Of a DNA stretch of 64,000 nucleotides, positions 22,401-36,300 are shown piece after piece. The stretch is from Balanoglossus misakiensis (Eukaryota > Animalia > Hemichordata): contig CM082594.2 in assembly GCA_040954595.2 (NCBI GenBank), positions 642,208 to 706,207 on the forward strand, given 5' to 3'. Made by a program: the position numbers and the translations under genes. The notes beneath the pieces are model-generated. The model saw nothing but the letters and a program-made list of their open reading frames with translations, was not told the origin of the DNA and made no database searches. Each line of letters opens with the position of its first letter. Position 1 is the first letter of the stretch.

Positions 22401-25400
22401 CTCTTTTCTTCATTTTCGGAAATATTATGGAGCATGAAGTGTCGTTCTCTTGTAAAAAGTGCTGCAAATTCCAGAAAAGGCGGTATAATTTGAATCACCC
22501 AAGACAAAATTACCATTTTCGACTTTTTTTCGAAAAATTGTCTTTTTTACAAAATAAATAAGAATTAATTCTTTTCTTAGTTTCAAACGGGTAGAGATAC
22601 TTTCCACACGGGTTTTCTAACATTGAATTCACGTTCATCAACTCAGATTGCCTACAGCATAAGTCGGCTAAAACCCTGAGACTTTAGAGCAGAAACAGTT
22701 GCACACTGGTAACGTTGAACAAGTCGATTTTTCTACGGCCTGGCTCGGCTAAATCTCCGTCACAATATGACAGACACTATCGTACGTTAGCAACGGTGAT
22801 CAAGTCAGATTTTCAACGGCATGGGTTGGATAAAGCCCCGGCACTCTAGAGCAGAAACACGCGTACAGAGACCACGTTGATCAAGTCTGATCTCCTACGG
22901 CTTGGCTCGACTAAAACCCCGGCACACTATGACAGACACTAGCGTTCGTTAGCAACGTTGATCAAGTCAGATTTCCTACGGCATGGCTTTGCTAAAGCCC
23001 TGACACTCTAGAGCAGAAACACGCGTACAGAGACCACGTTGATCTACTCACATTTCCTTCGGCCTGGCACGGCTGATGCCCCGGCACTATATATAGGACA
23101 CAGACTGGCGTAAGTTAACAACGGTAATCACGTCGGGTTTCCTACGGCCTGGCTCAGCTGAAGCCCCGGCACTCTAGAGCAGAAACAGGCGTACATTGAC
23201 CACGTTGATCAAGTCAGATTTCCTACGGCGTGACTCGGCTGGTGCACCGGCTCTATATGACACAGACTGGCGTAAGTTATCAACGGTGATTACGTCGGAT
23301 TTCCTACGGCCTGGTTTAGCTGAAGCCCCGGCACTTTAGAGCGGAAACACGCGTACATTGACCACGATGATCAAGTCAGATCTCCTACGGCCTGGCTCGA
23401 CTAAAACCCCGGCACACCATGACAGACATTAGCGTTCGTTAGCAACGGTGATCAAGTCGGATTTCCTTCGGCCTGGCTCTGTAAAAGACCCGACACTCTA
23501 GTACAAAGACGTTGGCTAAGTCGGGCAAACCGAACAGGGAAAGTCACAGCGGGTCAACACTCGACATTTGTTCCGGTAGGACTGCATTATTGCCTGTCAA
23601 TTTATAGAGAAAGCCCGAATTTAACCAGGGCGTTTCAAACATCGACGTTAGTTGGGGGCACGGCCTGCAGTACTGCCGGGTAAGCTGACATCAGCGTACC
23701 GCATATAATGTAGGGGGGGGGGACAGAACGGTTAAATACTACATTTATCAGATATCAGCTAATTTTGGACAATCATCTAAAATGTAAATCATCTTTTCAT
23801 ATTTGGATATCTGATGATGTATGACATTTCCATTATATGTAAAAATGGTGCTGATTATAAAAATGCACTCTGAATGAGCTGATTTAATGCAAAATTGCGT
23901 TTTATTCGTTTTTGCACCAAAAAGGTCATTTTTAGGCAAAACATTCTTTATTTTTTTAATTCGGTGACCTGATCATATATAAACAATTGCTTGTATGTTA
24001 AAAGTTTTTATGACTTTTAAAAGCAGTGACACTGGCGGCATTCAACACGAAAATAACAATTTTAGCCACAATTTGGTCAAAATGGTAAATTTTTGAAAAT
24101 TACAAAAAATACCTGTTTTCTACATTTTCGGAAATCTGATGGAGTATAGAATGCTCTTCGTACGTATATATCGATACAAATTCCACAAAAGACCGTCTAA
24201 TTTGGCTCACTGCAGACAAAATTGCGTTTTACAAAATTTTCCTTGAAAATGTCATTTTTAGAAAAAAAAAATAAAAAAACCTTTTATCTTCGAATTTGTT
24301 GCCCTGATCATATATGACATGTTGATTGTATGTTAAAACTTTCGACCACTCCAAAAATGCAGAGATATTGACGGAATTCAAGAAAAAATAGCCATTTTGG
24401 CCATATTTTGACAAAATGGTACATTTTTAAAAAATCATAAAAAATAAACTCTTTTCTTCATTTTCGGAAATATTATGGAGCATGAAGTGTCGTTCTCTTG
24501 TAAAAAGTGCTGCAAATTCCAGAAAATGTGGTATAATTTGAATCACCCAAGACAAAATTACCATTTTCAACTTGTTTTCGAAAAATTGTCTTTTTTACAA
24601 AATAAATAAGAATAAATTCTTTTCTTAGTTTCAAACGGGTAGAGATACTTTCCACACGGGTTTTCTAACATTGAATTCCCGTTTATCAACTCAGATTTCC
24701 TACAGCATAAGTCGGCTAAAACCCTGACACTCTAGAGCAGAAACAGTTGCACACTGATAACGTTGAACAAGTCGATTTTTCTACGGCCTGGCACGGCTAA
24801 ATCTCGTCACAATATGACAGACACTAGCGTAAGTTAGCAACGGTGATCAAGTCAGATTTTCAACGGCATGGGTTGGATAAAGCCCCGGCACTCTAGAGCA
24901 GAAACACGCGTACAGAGACCACGTTGATCAAGTCTGATCTCCTACGGCTTGGCTCGACTAAAACCCCGGCACACTATGACAGACACTAGCGTTCGTTAGC
25001 AACGTTGATCAAGTCAGATTTCCTACGGCATGGCTTTGCTAAAGCCCTGACACTCTAGAGCAGAAACACGCGTACAGAGACCACGTTGATCTACTCACAT
25101 TTCCTTCGGCCTGGCACGGCTGATGCCCCGGCACTATATATAGGACACAGACTGGCGTAAGTTAACAACGGTAATCACGTCGGGTTTCCTACGGCCTGGC
25201 TCAGCTGAAGCCCCGGCACTCTAGAGCAGAAACAGGCGTACATTGACCACGTTGATCAAGTCAGATTTCCTACGGCGTGACTCGGCTGGTGCACCGGCTC
25301 TATATGACACAGACTGGCGTAAGTTATCAACGGTGATTACGTCGGATTTCCTACGGCCTGGTTTAGCTGAAGCCCCGGCACTTTAGAGCGGAAACACGCG

Positions 25401-26440
25401 TACATTGACCACGATGATCAAGTCAGATCTCCTACGGCCTGGCTCGACTAAAACCCCGGCACACCATGACAGACACTAGCGTTCGTTAGCAACGGTGATC
25501 AAGTCGGATTTCCTTCGGCCTGGCTCTGCAAAAGACCCGACACTCTAGTACAAAGACGTTGGCTAAGTCGGGCAAACCGAACAGGGAAAGTCACAGCGGG
25601 TCAACACTCGACATTTGTTCCGGTAGGACTGCTTTATTGCCTGTCAATTTATAGAGAAAGCCCGAATTTAACCAGGGCGTTTCAAACACCGACGTTAGTT
25701 GGGGGCACGGCCTGCAGTACTGCCGGGTAAGCTGACATCAGCGTACCGCATATAATGTAGGGGGGGGGGGGGAACAGAACGGTTAAATACTACATTTATC
25801 AGATATCAGCTAATTTTGGACAATCATCTAAAATGTAAATCATCTTTTCATATTTGGATATCTGATGAAGTATGAAATTTCCAATATATGTAAAAATGGT
25901 GCTGATTATAAAAAATGCACTCTGAATGAGCTGATTTAATACAAAATTGCGTTTTATTCGTTTTTGCACCAAAAAGGTCATTTTTAGGCAAAACATTCTT
26001 TATTTTTTTAATTCGGTGACCTGATCATATATAAGCAATTGCTTGCATGTTAAAAGTTTTTATGACTTTTAAAAGCAGTGACACTGGCGGCATTCAACAC
26101 GAAAATAACAATTTTAACCACAATTTGGTCAAAATGGTAAATTTTTGAAAATTACAAAAAATACCTGTTTTCTACATTTTCGGAAATCTGATGGAGTATA
26201 GAATGCTCTTCGTATATATATATCGATACAAATTCCACAAAAGACCGTCTAATTTGGCTCACTGCAGACAAAATTGCGTTTTACCAAATTTTCCTTGAAA
26301 ATGTCATTTTTAGAAAAATAAAATAAAAAAACCTTCGTTCTTCGAATTTGGTGCCCTGATCATATATGATATGTTGATTGTATGTTAAAACTTTCGACCA
26401 CTCCAAAAATGCAGAGATATTGACGGAATTCAAGAAAAAA

Positions 26441-26446
26441 TAGCCA
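26441..26446. other. orientation-switch (inversion) junction of the macrosatellite
   Basis: Left context caagaaaaaaTAGCCA (normally followed by ttttggcc) joins TAGCCAacgtctttgtac (normally preceded by ccgact on the opposite strand); 6-bp microhomology. Confidence 0.93.
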
Positions 26447-26449
26447 ACG

Positions 26450-27320
26450 TCTTTGTACTAGAGTGTCGGGTCTTTTGCAGAGCCAGGCCGAAGGAAATCC
26501 GACTTGATCACCGTTGCTAACGAACGCTAGTGTCTGTCATGGTGTGCCGGGGTTTTAGTCGAGCCAGGCCGTAGGAGATCTGACTTGATCATCGTGGTCA
26601 ATGTACGCGTGTTTCCGCTCTAAAGTGCCGGGGCTTCAGCTAAACCAGGCCGTAGGAAATCCGACGTAATCACCGTTGATAACTTACGCCAGTCTGTGTC
26701 ATATAGAGCCGGTGCACCAGCCGAGTCACGCCGTAGGAAATCTGACTTGATCAACGTGGTCAATGTACGCCTGTTTCTGCTCTAGAGTGCCGGGGCTTCA
26801 GCTGAGCCAGGCCGTAGGAAACCCGACGTGATTACCGTTGTTAACTTACGCCAGTCTGTGTCCTATATATAGTGCCGGGGCATCAGCCGTGCCAGGCCGA
26901 AGGAAATGTGAGTAGATCAACGTGGTCTCTGTACGCGTGTTTCTGCTCTAGAGTGTCAGGGCTTTAGCAAAGCCATGCCGTAGGAAATCTGACTTGATCA
27001 ACGTTGCTAACGAACGCTAGTGTCTGTCATAGTGTGCCGGGGTTTTAGTCGAGCCAAGCCGTAGGAGATCAGACTTGATCAACGTGGTCTCTGTACGCGT
27101 GTTTTTGCTCTAGAGTGCCGGGGCTTTATCCAAGCCATGCCGTAGAAAATCTGACTTGATCACCGTTGCTAACGTACGCTAGTGTCTGTCATATTGTGAC
27201 GGAGATTTAGCCGAGCCAGGTCGTAGAAAAATCGACTTGTTCAACGTTACCAGTGTGCAACTGTTTCTGCTCTAGAGTGTCAGGGTTTTAGCCGACTTAT
27301 GCTGTAGGAAATCTGAGTTG
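26450..27320. repeat. 81-bp GC-rich minisatellite block within one unit (alternating A/B monomers, 162-bp dimer)
   Basis: The g(t/a)agga motif lies at 26490, 26571, 26652, 26733, 26814, 26899, 26980, 27061, 27142, 27223, 27304: nine 81-bp intervals and one 85-bp interval (extra TATA). Confidence 0.92.
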
Positions 27321-30300
27321 ATGAACGGGAATTCAATGTTAGAAAACCCGTGTGGAAAGTATCCCTACCCGTTTGAATCTAAGAAAAGAATTTATTCTTA
27401 TTTATTTTGTAAAAAAGACAATTTTTCGAAAACATGTCGAAAATGGTAATTTTGTCTTGGGTGATTCAAATTATACCACATTTTCTGGAATTTGCAGCAC
27501 TTTTTACAAGAGAACGACACTTCATGCTCCATAATATTTCCGAAAATCAAGAAAAGAGTTTATTTTTTATGATTTTTTAAAAATGTACCATTTTGTCAAA
27601 ATATGGCCAAAATGGCTATTTTTTCTTGAATTCCGTCAATATCTCTGCATTTTTGGAGTGGTCGAAAGTTTTAACATACAATCAACATATCATATATGAT
27701 CAGGGCACCAAATTTGAAGAACGAAGGTTTTTTTTATTTTATTTTTCTAAAAATGACATTTTCAAGGAAAATTTGATAAAACGCAATTTTGTCTGCAGTG
27801 AGCCAAATTAGACGGTCTTTTGTGGAATTTGTATCGATATATATATATATACGAAGAGCATTCTATACTCCATCAGATTTCCGAAAATGTAGAAAACAGG
27901 TATTTTTTGTAATTTTCAAAAATTTACCATTTTGACCAAATTGTGGTTAAAATTGTTATTTTCGTGTTGAATGCCGCCAGTGTCACTGCTTTTAAAAGTC
28001 ATAAAAACTTTTAACATGCAAGCAATTGCTTATATATGATCAGGTCACCGAATTAAAAAAATAAAGAATGTTTTGCCTAAAAATGACCTTTTTGGTGCAA
28101 AAACGAATAAAACGCAATTTTGTATTAAATCAGCTCATTCAGAGTGCATTTTTTATAATCAGCACCATTTTTACATATATTGGAAATTTCATACATCATC
28201 AGATATCCAAATATGAAAAGATGATTTACATTTTAGATGATTGTCCTAAATTAGCTGATATCTGATAAATGTAGTATTTAACCGTTCTGTTCCCCCCCCC
28301 CCCTACATTATATGCGGTACGCTGATGTCAGCTTACCCGGCAGTACTGCAGGCCGTGCCCCCAACTAACGTCGGTGTTTGAAACGCCCTGGTTAAATTCG
28401 GGCTTTCTCTATAAATTGACAGGCAATAAAGCAGTCCTACCGGAACAAATGTCGAGTGTTGACCCGCTGTGACTTTCCCTGTTCGGTTTGCCCGACTTAG
28501 CCAACGTCTTTGTACTAGAGTGTCGGGTCTTTTGCAGAGCCAGGCCGAAGGAAATCCGACTTGATCACCGTTGCTAACGAACGCTAGTGTCTGTCATGGT
28601 GTGCCGGGGTTTTAGTCGAGCCAGGCCGTAGGAGATCTGACTTGATCATCGTGGTCAATGTACGCGTGTTTCCGCTCTAAAGTGCCGGGGCTTCAGCTAA
28701 ACCAGGCCGTAGGAAATCCGACGTAATCACCGTTGATAACTTACGCCAGTCTGTGTCATATAGAGCCGGTGCACCAGCCGAGTCACGCCGTAGGAAATCT
28801 GACTTGATCAACGTGGTCAATGTACGCCTGTTTCTGCTCTAGAGTGCCGGGGCTTCAGCTGAGCCAGGCCGTAGGAAACCCGACGTGATTACCGTTGTTA
28901 ACTTACGCCAGTCTGTGTCCTATATATAGTGCCGGGGCATCAGCCGTGCCAGGCCGAAGGAAATGTGAGTAGATCAACGTGGTCTCTGTACGCGTGTTTC
29001 TGCTCTAGAGTGTCAGGGCTTTAGCAAAGCCATGCCGTAGGAAATCTGACTTGATCAACGTTGCTAACGAACGCTAGTGTCTGTCATAGTGTGCCGGGGT
29101 TTTAGTCGAGCCAAGCCGTAGGAGATCAGACTTGATCAACGTGGTCTCTGTACGCGTGTTTCTGCTCTAGAGTGCCGGGGCTTTATCCAACCCATGCCGT
29201 TGAAAATCTGACTTGATCACCGTTGCTAACGTACGCTAGTGTCTGTCATATTGTGACGAGATTTAGCCGTGCCAGGCCGTAGAAAAATCGACTTGTTCAA
29301 CGTTATCAGTGTGCAACTGTTTCTGCTCTAGAGTGTCAGGGTTTTAGCCGACTTATGCTGTAGGAAATCTGAGTTGATAAACGGGAATTCAATGTTTGAA
29401 AACCCGTGTGGAAAGTATCTCTACCCGTTTGAAACTAAGAAAAGAATTTATTCTTATTTATTTTGTAAAAAAGACAATTTTTCGAAAACAAGTCGAAAAT
29501 GGTAATTTTGTCTTGGGTGATTCAAATTATACCACATTTTCTGGAATTTGCAGCACTTTTTACAAAAGAACGACACATCATGCTCCATAATATTTCCGAA
29601 AATGAAGAAAAGAGTTTATTTTTTATGATTTTTTAAAAATGTACCATTTTGTCAAAATATGGCCAAAATGGCTATTTTTTCTTGAATTCCGTCAATATCT
29701 CTGCATTTTTGGAGTGGTCGAAAGTTTTAACATACAATCAACATATCATATATGATCAGGGCACCAAATTCGAAGAACGAAGGTTTTTTTATTTTATTTT
29801 TCTAAAAATGACATTTTCAAGGAAAATTTGGTAAAACGCAATTTTGTCTGCAGTGAGCCAAATTAGACGGTCTTTTGTGGAATTTGTATCGATATATATA
29901 TACGAAGAGCATTCTATACTCCATCAGATTTCCGAAAATGTAGAAAACAGGTATTTTTTGTAATTTTCAAAAATTTACCATTTTGACCAAATTGTGGCTA
30001 AAATTGTTATTTTCGTGTTGAATGCCGCCAGTGTCACTGCTTTTAAAAGTCATAAAAACTTTTAACATGCAAGCAATTGCTTATATATGATCAGGTCACC
30101 GAATTAAAAAAATAAAGAATGTTTTGCCTAAAAATGACCTTTTTGGTGCAAAAACGAATAAAACGCAATTTTGTATTAAATCAGCTCATTCAGAGTGCAT
30201 TTTTTATAATCAGCACCATTTTTACATATATTGGAAATTTCATACTTCATCAGATATCCAAATATGAAAAGATGATTTACATTTTAGATGATTGTCCAAA

Positions 30301-33300
30301 ATTAGCTGATATCTGATAAATGTAGTATTTAACCGTTCTGTTCCCCCCCCCCTGCATTATATGCGGTACGCTGATGTCAGCTTACCCGGCAGTACTGCAG
30401 GCCGTGCCCCCAACTAACGTCGGTGTTTGAAACGCCCTGGTTAAATTCGGGCTTTCTCTATAAATTGACAGGCAATAAAGCAGTCCTACCGGAACAAATG
30501 TCGAGTGTTGACCCGCTGTGACTTTCCCTGTTCGGTTTGCCCGACTAAGCCAACGTCTTTGTACTAGAGTGTCGGGTCTTTTGCAGAGCCAGGCCGAAGG
30601 AAATCCGACTTGATCACCGTTGCTAACGAACGCTAGTGTCTGTCATGGTGTGCCGGGGTTTTAGTCGAGCCAGGCCGTAGGAGATCTGACTTGATCATCG
30701 TGGTCAATGTACGCGTGTTTCCGCTCTAAAGTGCCGGGGCTTCAGCTAAACCAGGCCGTAGGAAATCCGACGTAATCACCGTTGATAACTTACGCCAGTC
30801 TGTGTCATATAGAGCCGGTGCACCAGCCGAGTAACGCCGTAGGAAATCTGACTTGATCAACGTGGTCAATGTACGCCTGTTTCTGCTCTAGAGTGCCGGG
30901 GCTTCAGCTGAGCCAGGCCGTAGGAAACCCGACGTGATTACCGTTGTTAACTTACGCCAGTCTGTGTCCTATATATAGTGCCGGGGCATCAGCCGTGCCA
31001 GGCCGAAGGAAATGTGAGTAGATCAACGTGGTCTCTGTACGCGTGTTTCTGCTCTAGAGTGTCAGGGCTTTAGCAAAGCCATGCCGTAGGAAATCTGACT
31101 TGATCAACGTTGCTAACGAACGCTAGTGTCTGTCATAGTGTGCCGGGGTTTTAGTCGAGCCAAGCCGTAGGAGATCAGACTTGATCAACGTGGTCTCTGT
31201 ATGCGTGTTTCTGCTCTAGAGTGCCGGGGCTTTATCCAACCCATGCCGTTGAAAATCTGACTTGATCACCGTTGCTAACGTACGCTAGTGTCTGTCATAT
31301 TGTGACGAGATTTAGCCGTGCCAGGCCGTAGAAAAATCGACTTGTTCAACGTTATCAGTGTGCAACTGTTTCTGCTCTAGAGTGTCAGGGTTTTAGCCGA
31401 CTTATGCTGTAGGAAATCTGACTTGATAAACGGGAATTCAATGTTAGAAAACCCGTGTGGAAAGTATCTCTACCCGTTTGAAACTAAGAAAAGAATTTAT
31501 TCTTATTTATTTTGTAAAAAAGACAATTTTTCGAAAACAAGTCGAAAATGGTAATTTTGTCTTGGGTGATTCAAATTATACCACATTTTCTGGAATTTGC
31601 AGCACTTTTTACAAGAGAACGACACTTCATGCTCCATAATATTTCCGAAAATGAAGAAAAGAGTTTATTTTTTATGATTTTTTAAAAATGTACCATTTTG
31701 TCAAAATATGGCCAAAATGGCTATTTTTTCTTGAATTCCGTCAATATCTCTGCATTTTTGGAGTGGTCGAAAGTTTTAACATACAATCAACATATCATAT
31801 ATGATCAGGGCACCAAATTCGAAGAACGAAGGTTTTTTTATTTTATTTTTCTAAAAATGACATTTTCAAGGAAAATTTGGTAAAACGCAATTTTGTCTGC
31901 AGTGAGCCAAATTAGACGGTCTTTTGTGGAATTTGTATCGATATATATATACGAAGAGCATTCTATACTCCATCAGATTTCCGAAAATGTAGAAAACAGG
32001 TATTTTTTGTAATTTTCAAAAATTTACCATTTTGACCAAATTGTGGTTAAAATTGTTATTTTCGTGTTGAATGCCGCCAGTGTCACTGCTTTTAAAAGTC
32101 ATAAAAACTTTTAACATGCAAGCAATTGCTTATATATGATCAGGTCACCGAATTAAAAAAATAAAGAATGTTTTGCCTAAAAATGACCTTTTTGGTGCAA
32201 AAACGAATAAAACGCAATTTTGTATTAAATCAGCTCATTCAGAGTGCATTTTTTATAATCAGCACCATTTTTACATATATTGGAAATTTCATACATCATC
32301 AGATATCCAAATATGAAAAGATGATTTACATTTTAGATGATTGTCCAAAATTAGCTGATATCTGATAAATGTAGTATTTAACCGTTCTGTTCCCCCCCCC
32401 CCCCTACATTATATGCGGTACGCTGATGTCAGTTTACCCGGCAGTACTGCAGGCCGTGCCCCCAACTAACGTCGGTGTTTGAAACGCCCTGGTTAAATTC
32501 GGGCTTTCTCTATAAATTGACAGGCAATAAAGCAGTCCTACCGGAACAAATGTCGAGTGTTGACCCGCTGTGACTTTCCCTGTTCGGTTTGCCCGACTTA
32601 GCCAACGTCTTTGTACTAGAGTGTCGGGTCTTTTGCAGAGCCAGGCCGAAGGAAATCCGACTTGATCACCGTTGCTAACGAACGCTAGTGTCTGTCATGG
32701 TGTGCCGGGGTTTTAGTCGAGCCAGGCCGTAGGAGATCTGACTTGATCATCGTGGTCAATGTACGCGTGTTTCCGCTCTAAAGTGCCGGGGCTTCAGCTA
32801 AACCAGGCCGTAGGAAATCCGACGTAATCACCATTGATAACTTACGCCAGTCTGTGTCATATAGAGCCGGTGCACCAGCCGAGTCACGCCGTAGGAAATC
32901 TGACTTGATCAACGTGGTCAATGTACGCCTGTTTCTGCTCTAGAGTGCCGGGGCTTCAGCTGAGCCATGCCGTAGGAAATCTGACTTGATCAACGTTGCT
33001 AACGAACGCTAGTGTCTGTCATAGTGTGCCGGGGTTTTAGTCGAGCCAAGCCGTAGGAGATCAGACTTGATCAACGTGGTCTCTGTACGCGTGTTTCTGC
33101 TCTAGAGTGCCGGGGCTTTATCCAACCCATGCCGTTGAAAATCTGACTTGATCACCGTTGCTAACGTACGCTAGTGTCTGTCATATTGTGACGAGATTTA
33201 GCCGTGGCAGGCCGTAGAACAATCGACTTGTTCAACGTTATCAGTGTGCAACTGTTTCTGCTCTAGAGTGTCAGGGTTTTAGCCGACTTATGCTGTAGGA

Positions 33301-36300
33301 AATCTGAGTTGATAAACGGGAATTCAATGTTAGAAAACCCGTGTGGAAAGTATCTCTACCCGTTTGAAACTAAGAAAAGAATTTATTCTTATTTATTTTG
33401 TAAAAAAGACAATTTTTCGAAAACAAGTCGAAAATGGTAATTTTGTCTTGGGTGATTCAAATTATACCACATTTTCTGGAATTTGCAGCACTTTTTACAA
33501 GAGAACGACACTTCATGCTCCATAATATTTCCGAAAATGAAGAAAAGAGTTTATTTTTTATGATTTTTTAAAAATGTACCATTTTGTCAAAATATGGCCA
33601 AAATGGCTATTTTTTCTTGAATTCCGTCAATATCTCTGCATTTTTGGAGTGGTCGAAAGTTTTAACATACAATCAACATATCATATATGATCAGGGCACC
33701 AAATTCGAAGAACGAAGGTTTTTTTATTTTATTTTTCTAAAAATGACATTTTCAAGGAAAATTTGGTAAAACGCAATTTTGTCTGCAGTGAGCCAAATTA
33801 GACGGTCTTTTGTGGAATTTGTATCGATATATATATACGAAGAGCATTCTATACTCCATCAGATTTCCGAAAATGTAGAAAACAGGTATTTTTTGTAATT
33901 TTCAAAAATTTACCATTTTGACCAAATTGTGGTTAAAATTGTTATTTTCGTGTTGAATGCCGCCAGTGTCACTGCTTTTAAAAGTCATAAAAACTTTTAA
34001 CATGCAAGCAATTGCTTATATATGATCAGGTCACCGAATTAAAAAAATAAAGAATGTTTTGCCTAAAAATGACCTTTTTGGTGCAAAAACGAATAAAACG
34101 CAATTTTGTATTAAATCAGCTCATTCAGAGTGCATTTTTTATAATCAGCACCATTTTTACATATATTGGAAATTTCATACATCATCAGATATCCAAATAT
34201 GAAAAGATGATTTACATTTTAGATGATTGTCCAAAATTAGCTGATATCTGATAAATGTAGTATTTAACCGTTCTGTTCCCCCCCCCTACATTATATGCGG
34301 TACGCTGATGTCAGCTTACCCGGCAGTACTGCAGGCCGTGCCCCCAACTAACGTCGGTGTTTGAAACGCCCTGGTTAAATTCGGGCTTTCTCTATAAATT
34401 GACAGGCAATAATGCAGTCCTACCGGAACAAATGTCGAGTGTTGACCCGCTGTGACTTTCCCTGTTCGGTTTGCCCGACTTAGCCAACGTCTTTGTACTA
34501 GAGTGTCGGGTCTTTTGCAGAGCCAGGCCGAAGGAAATCCGACTTGATCACCGTTGCTAACGAACGCTAGTGTCTGTCATAGTGTGCCGGGGTTTTAGTC
34601 GAGTCAAGCCGTAGGAGATCAGACTTGATCAACGTGGTCTCTGTACGCGTGTTTCTGCTCTAGAGTGCCGGGGCTTTATCCAAGCCATGCCGTAGAAAAT
34701 CTGACTTGATCACCGTTGCTAACGTACGCTAGTGTCTGTCATATTGTGACGGAGATTTAGCCGAGCCAGGTCGTAGAAAAATCGACTTGTTCAACGTTAC
34801 CAGTGTGCAACTGTTTCTGCTCTAGAGTGTCAGGGTTTTAGCCGACTTATGCTGTAGGAAATCTGAGTTGATGAACGGGAATTCAATGTTAGAAAACCCG
34901 TGTGGAAAGTATCTCTACCCGTTTGAAACTAAGAAAAGAATTTATTCTTATTTATTTTGTAAAAAAAGACAATTTTTCGAAAAAAAGTTGAAAATGGTAA
35001 TTTTGTCTTGGGTGATTCAAATTATACCGCCTTTTCTGGAATTTGCAGCACTTTTTGCAAGAGAACGACACTTCATGCTCCATAATATTTCCGAAAATGA
35101 AGAAAAGAGTTAATTTTTTATGATTTTTCAAAAATTTACCATTTTTGTCAAAATATGGCCAAAATGGCTATTTTTCTTGAATTCCGTCAATATCTCTGCA
35201 TTTTTGGAGTGGTCGAGAGTTTTAACATACAATCAACATGTCATATATGATCAGGGCACCAAATTCGAAGAACAAAGGTTTTTTTATTTTTTTTTCTAAA
35301 AATGACATTTTCAAGGAAAATTTGGTAAAACGCAATTTTGTCTGCAGTGAGCCAAATTAGACGGTCTTTTGTGGAATTTGTATCGATATATACATACGAA
35401 GAGCATTCTATACTCCATCAGATTTCCGAAAATGTAGAAAACAGGTATTTTTTGTAATTTTCAAAAATTTACCATTTTGACCAAATTGTGGTTAAAATTG
35501 TTATTTTCGTGTTGAATGCCGCCAGTGTCACTGCTTTTAAAAGTCATAAAAACTTTTAACATGCAAGCAATTGTTTATATATGATCAGGTCACCGAATTA
35601 AAAAAATAAAGAATGTTTTTCCTAAAAATGACCTTTTTGGTGCAAAAACGAATAAAACGCAATTTTGTATTAAATCAGCTCATTCAGAGTGCATTTTTTA
35701 TAATCAGCACCATTTTTACATATAATGGAAATTTCATACATCATCAGATATCCAAATATGAAAAAATGATTTAGATTTTAGATGATTGTCCAAAACTAGC
35801 TGATATCTAATAAATGTAGTATTGAACCGTTCTGTCCCCCCCCCCCCTACATTATATGCGGTACGCCGATGTCAGCTTACCCGGCAGTACTGCAGGCCGT
35901 GCCCCCAACTAACGTCGGTGTTTGAAACGCCCTGGTTAAATTCGGGCTTTCTCTATAAATTGACAGGCAATAAAGCAGTCCTACCGGAACAAATGTCGAG
36001 TGTTGACCCGCTGTGACTTTCCCTGTTCGGTTTGCCCGACTTAGCCAACGTCTTTGTACTAGAGTGTCGGGTCTTTTGCAGAGCCAGGCCGAAGGAAATC
36101 CGACTTGATCACCGTTGCTAACGAACGCTAGTGTCTGTCATGGTGTGCCGGGGTTTTAGTCGAGCCAGGCCGTAGGAGATCTGACTTGATCATCGTGGTC
36201 AATGTACGCGTGTTTCCGCTCTAAAGTGCCGGGGCTTCAGCTAAACCAGGCCGTAGGAAATCCGACGTAATCACCGTTGATAACTTACGCCAGTCTGTGT

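Larger units (their letters stand above)
7149..26446 (+). repeat. left arm of the macrosatellite (G-tract orientation), interrupted by the LINE
   Basis: Units carry tgtagGGGGGG; the satellite ORF MESISTRL... appears on the minus strand. Confidence 0.95.

Noticed and set aside
26450-27320. 81-bp repeats as a CRISPR array or a 27-aa repeat protein gene
   Set aside because: There are no unique spacers and no cas genes, and the context is eukaryotic. The B monomer I translated has stops in all six frames, and the 85-bp monomer breaks frame.
28407-28416. TATAAA in the unit core as a promoter
   Set aside because: A single hexamer with no identifiable downstream gene; insufficient evidence.
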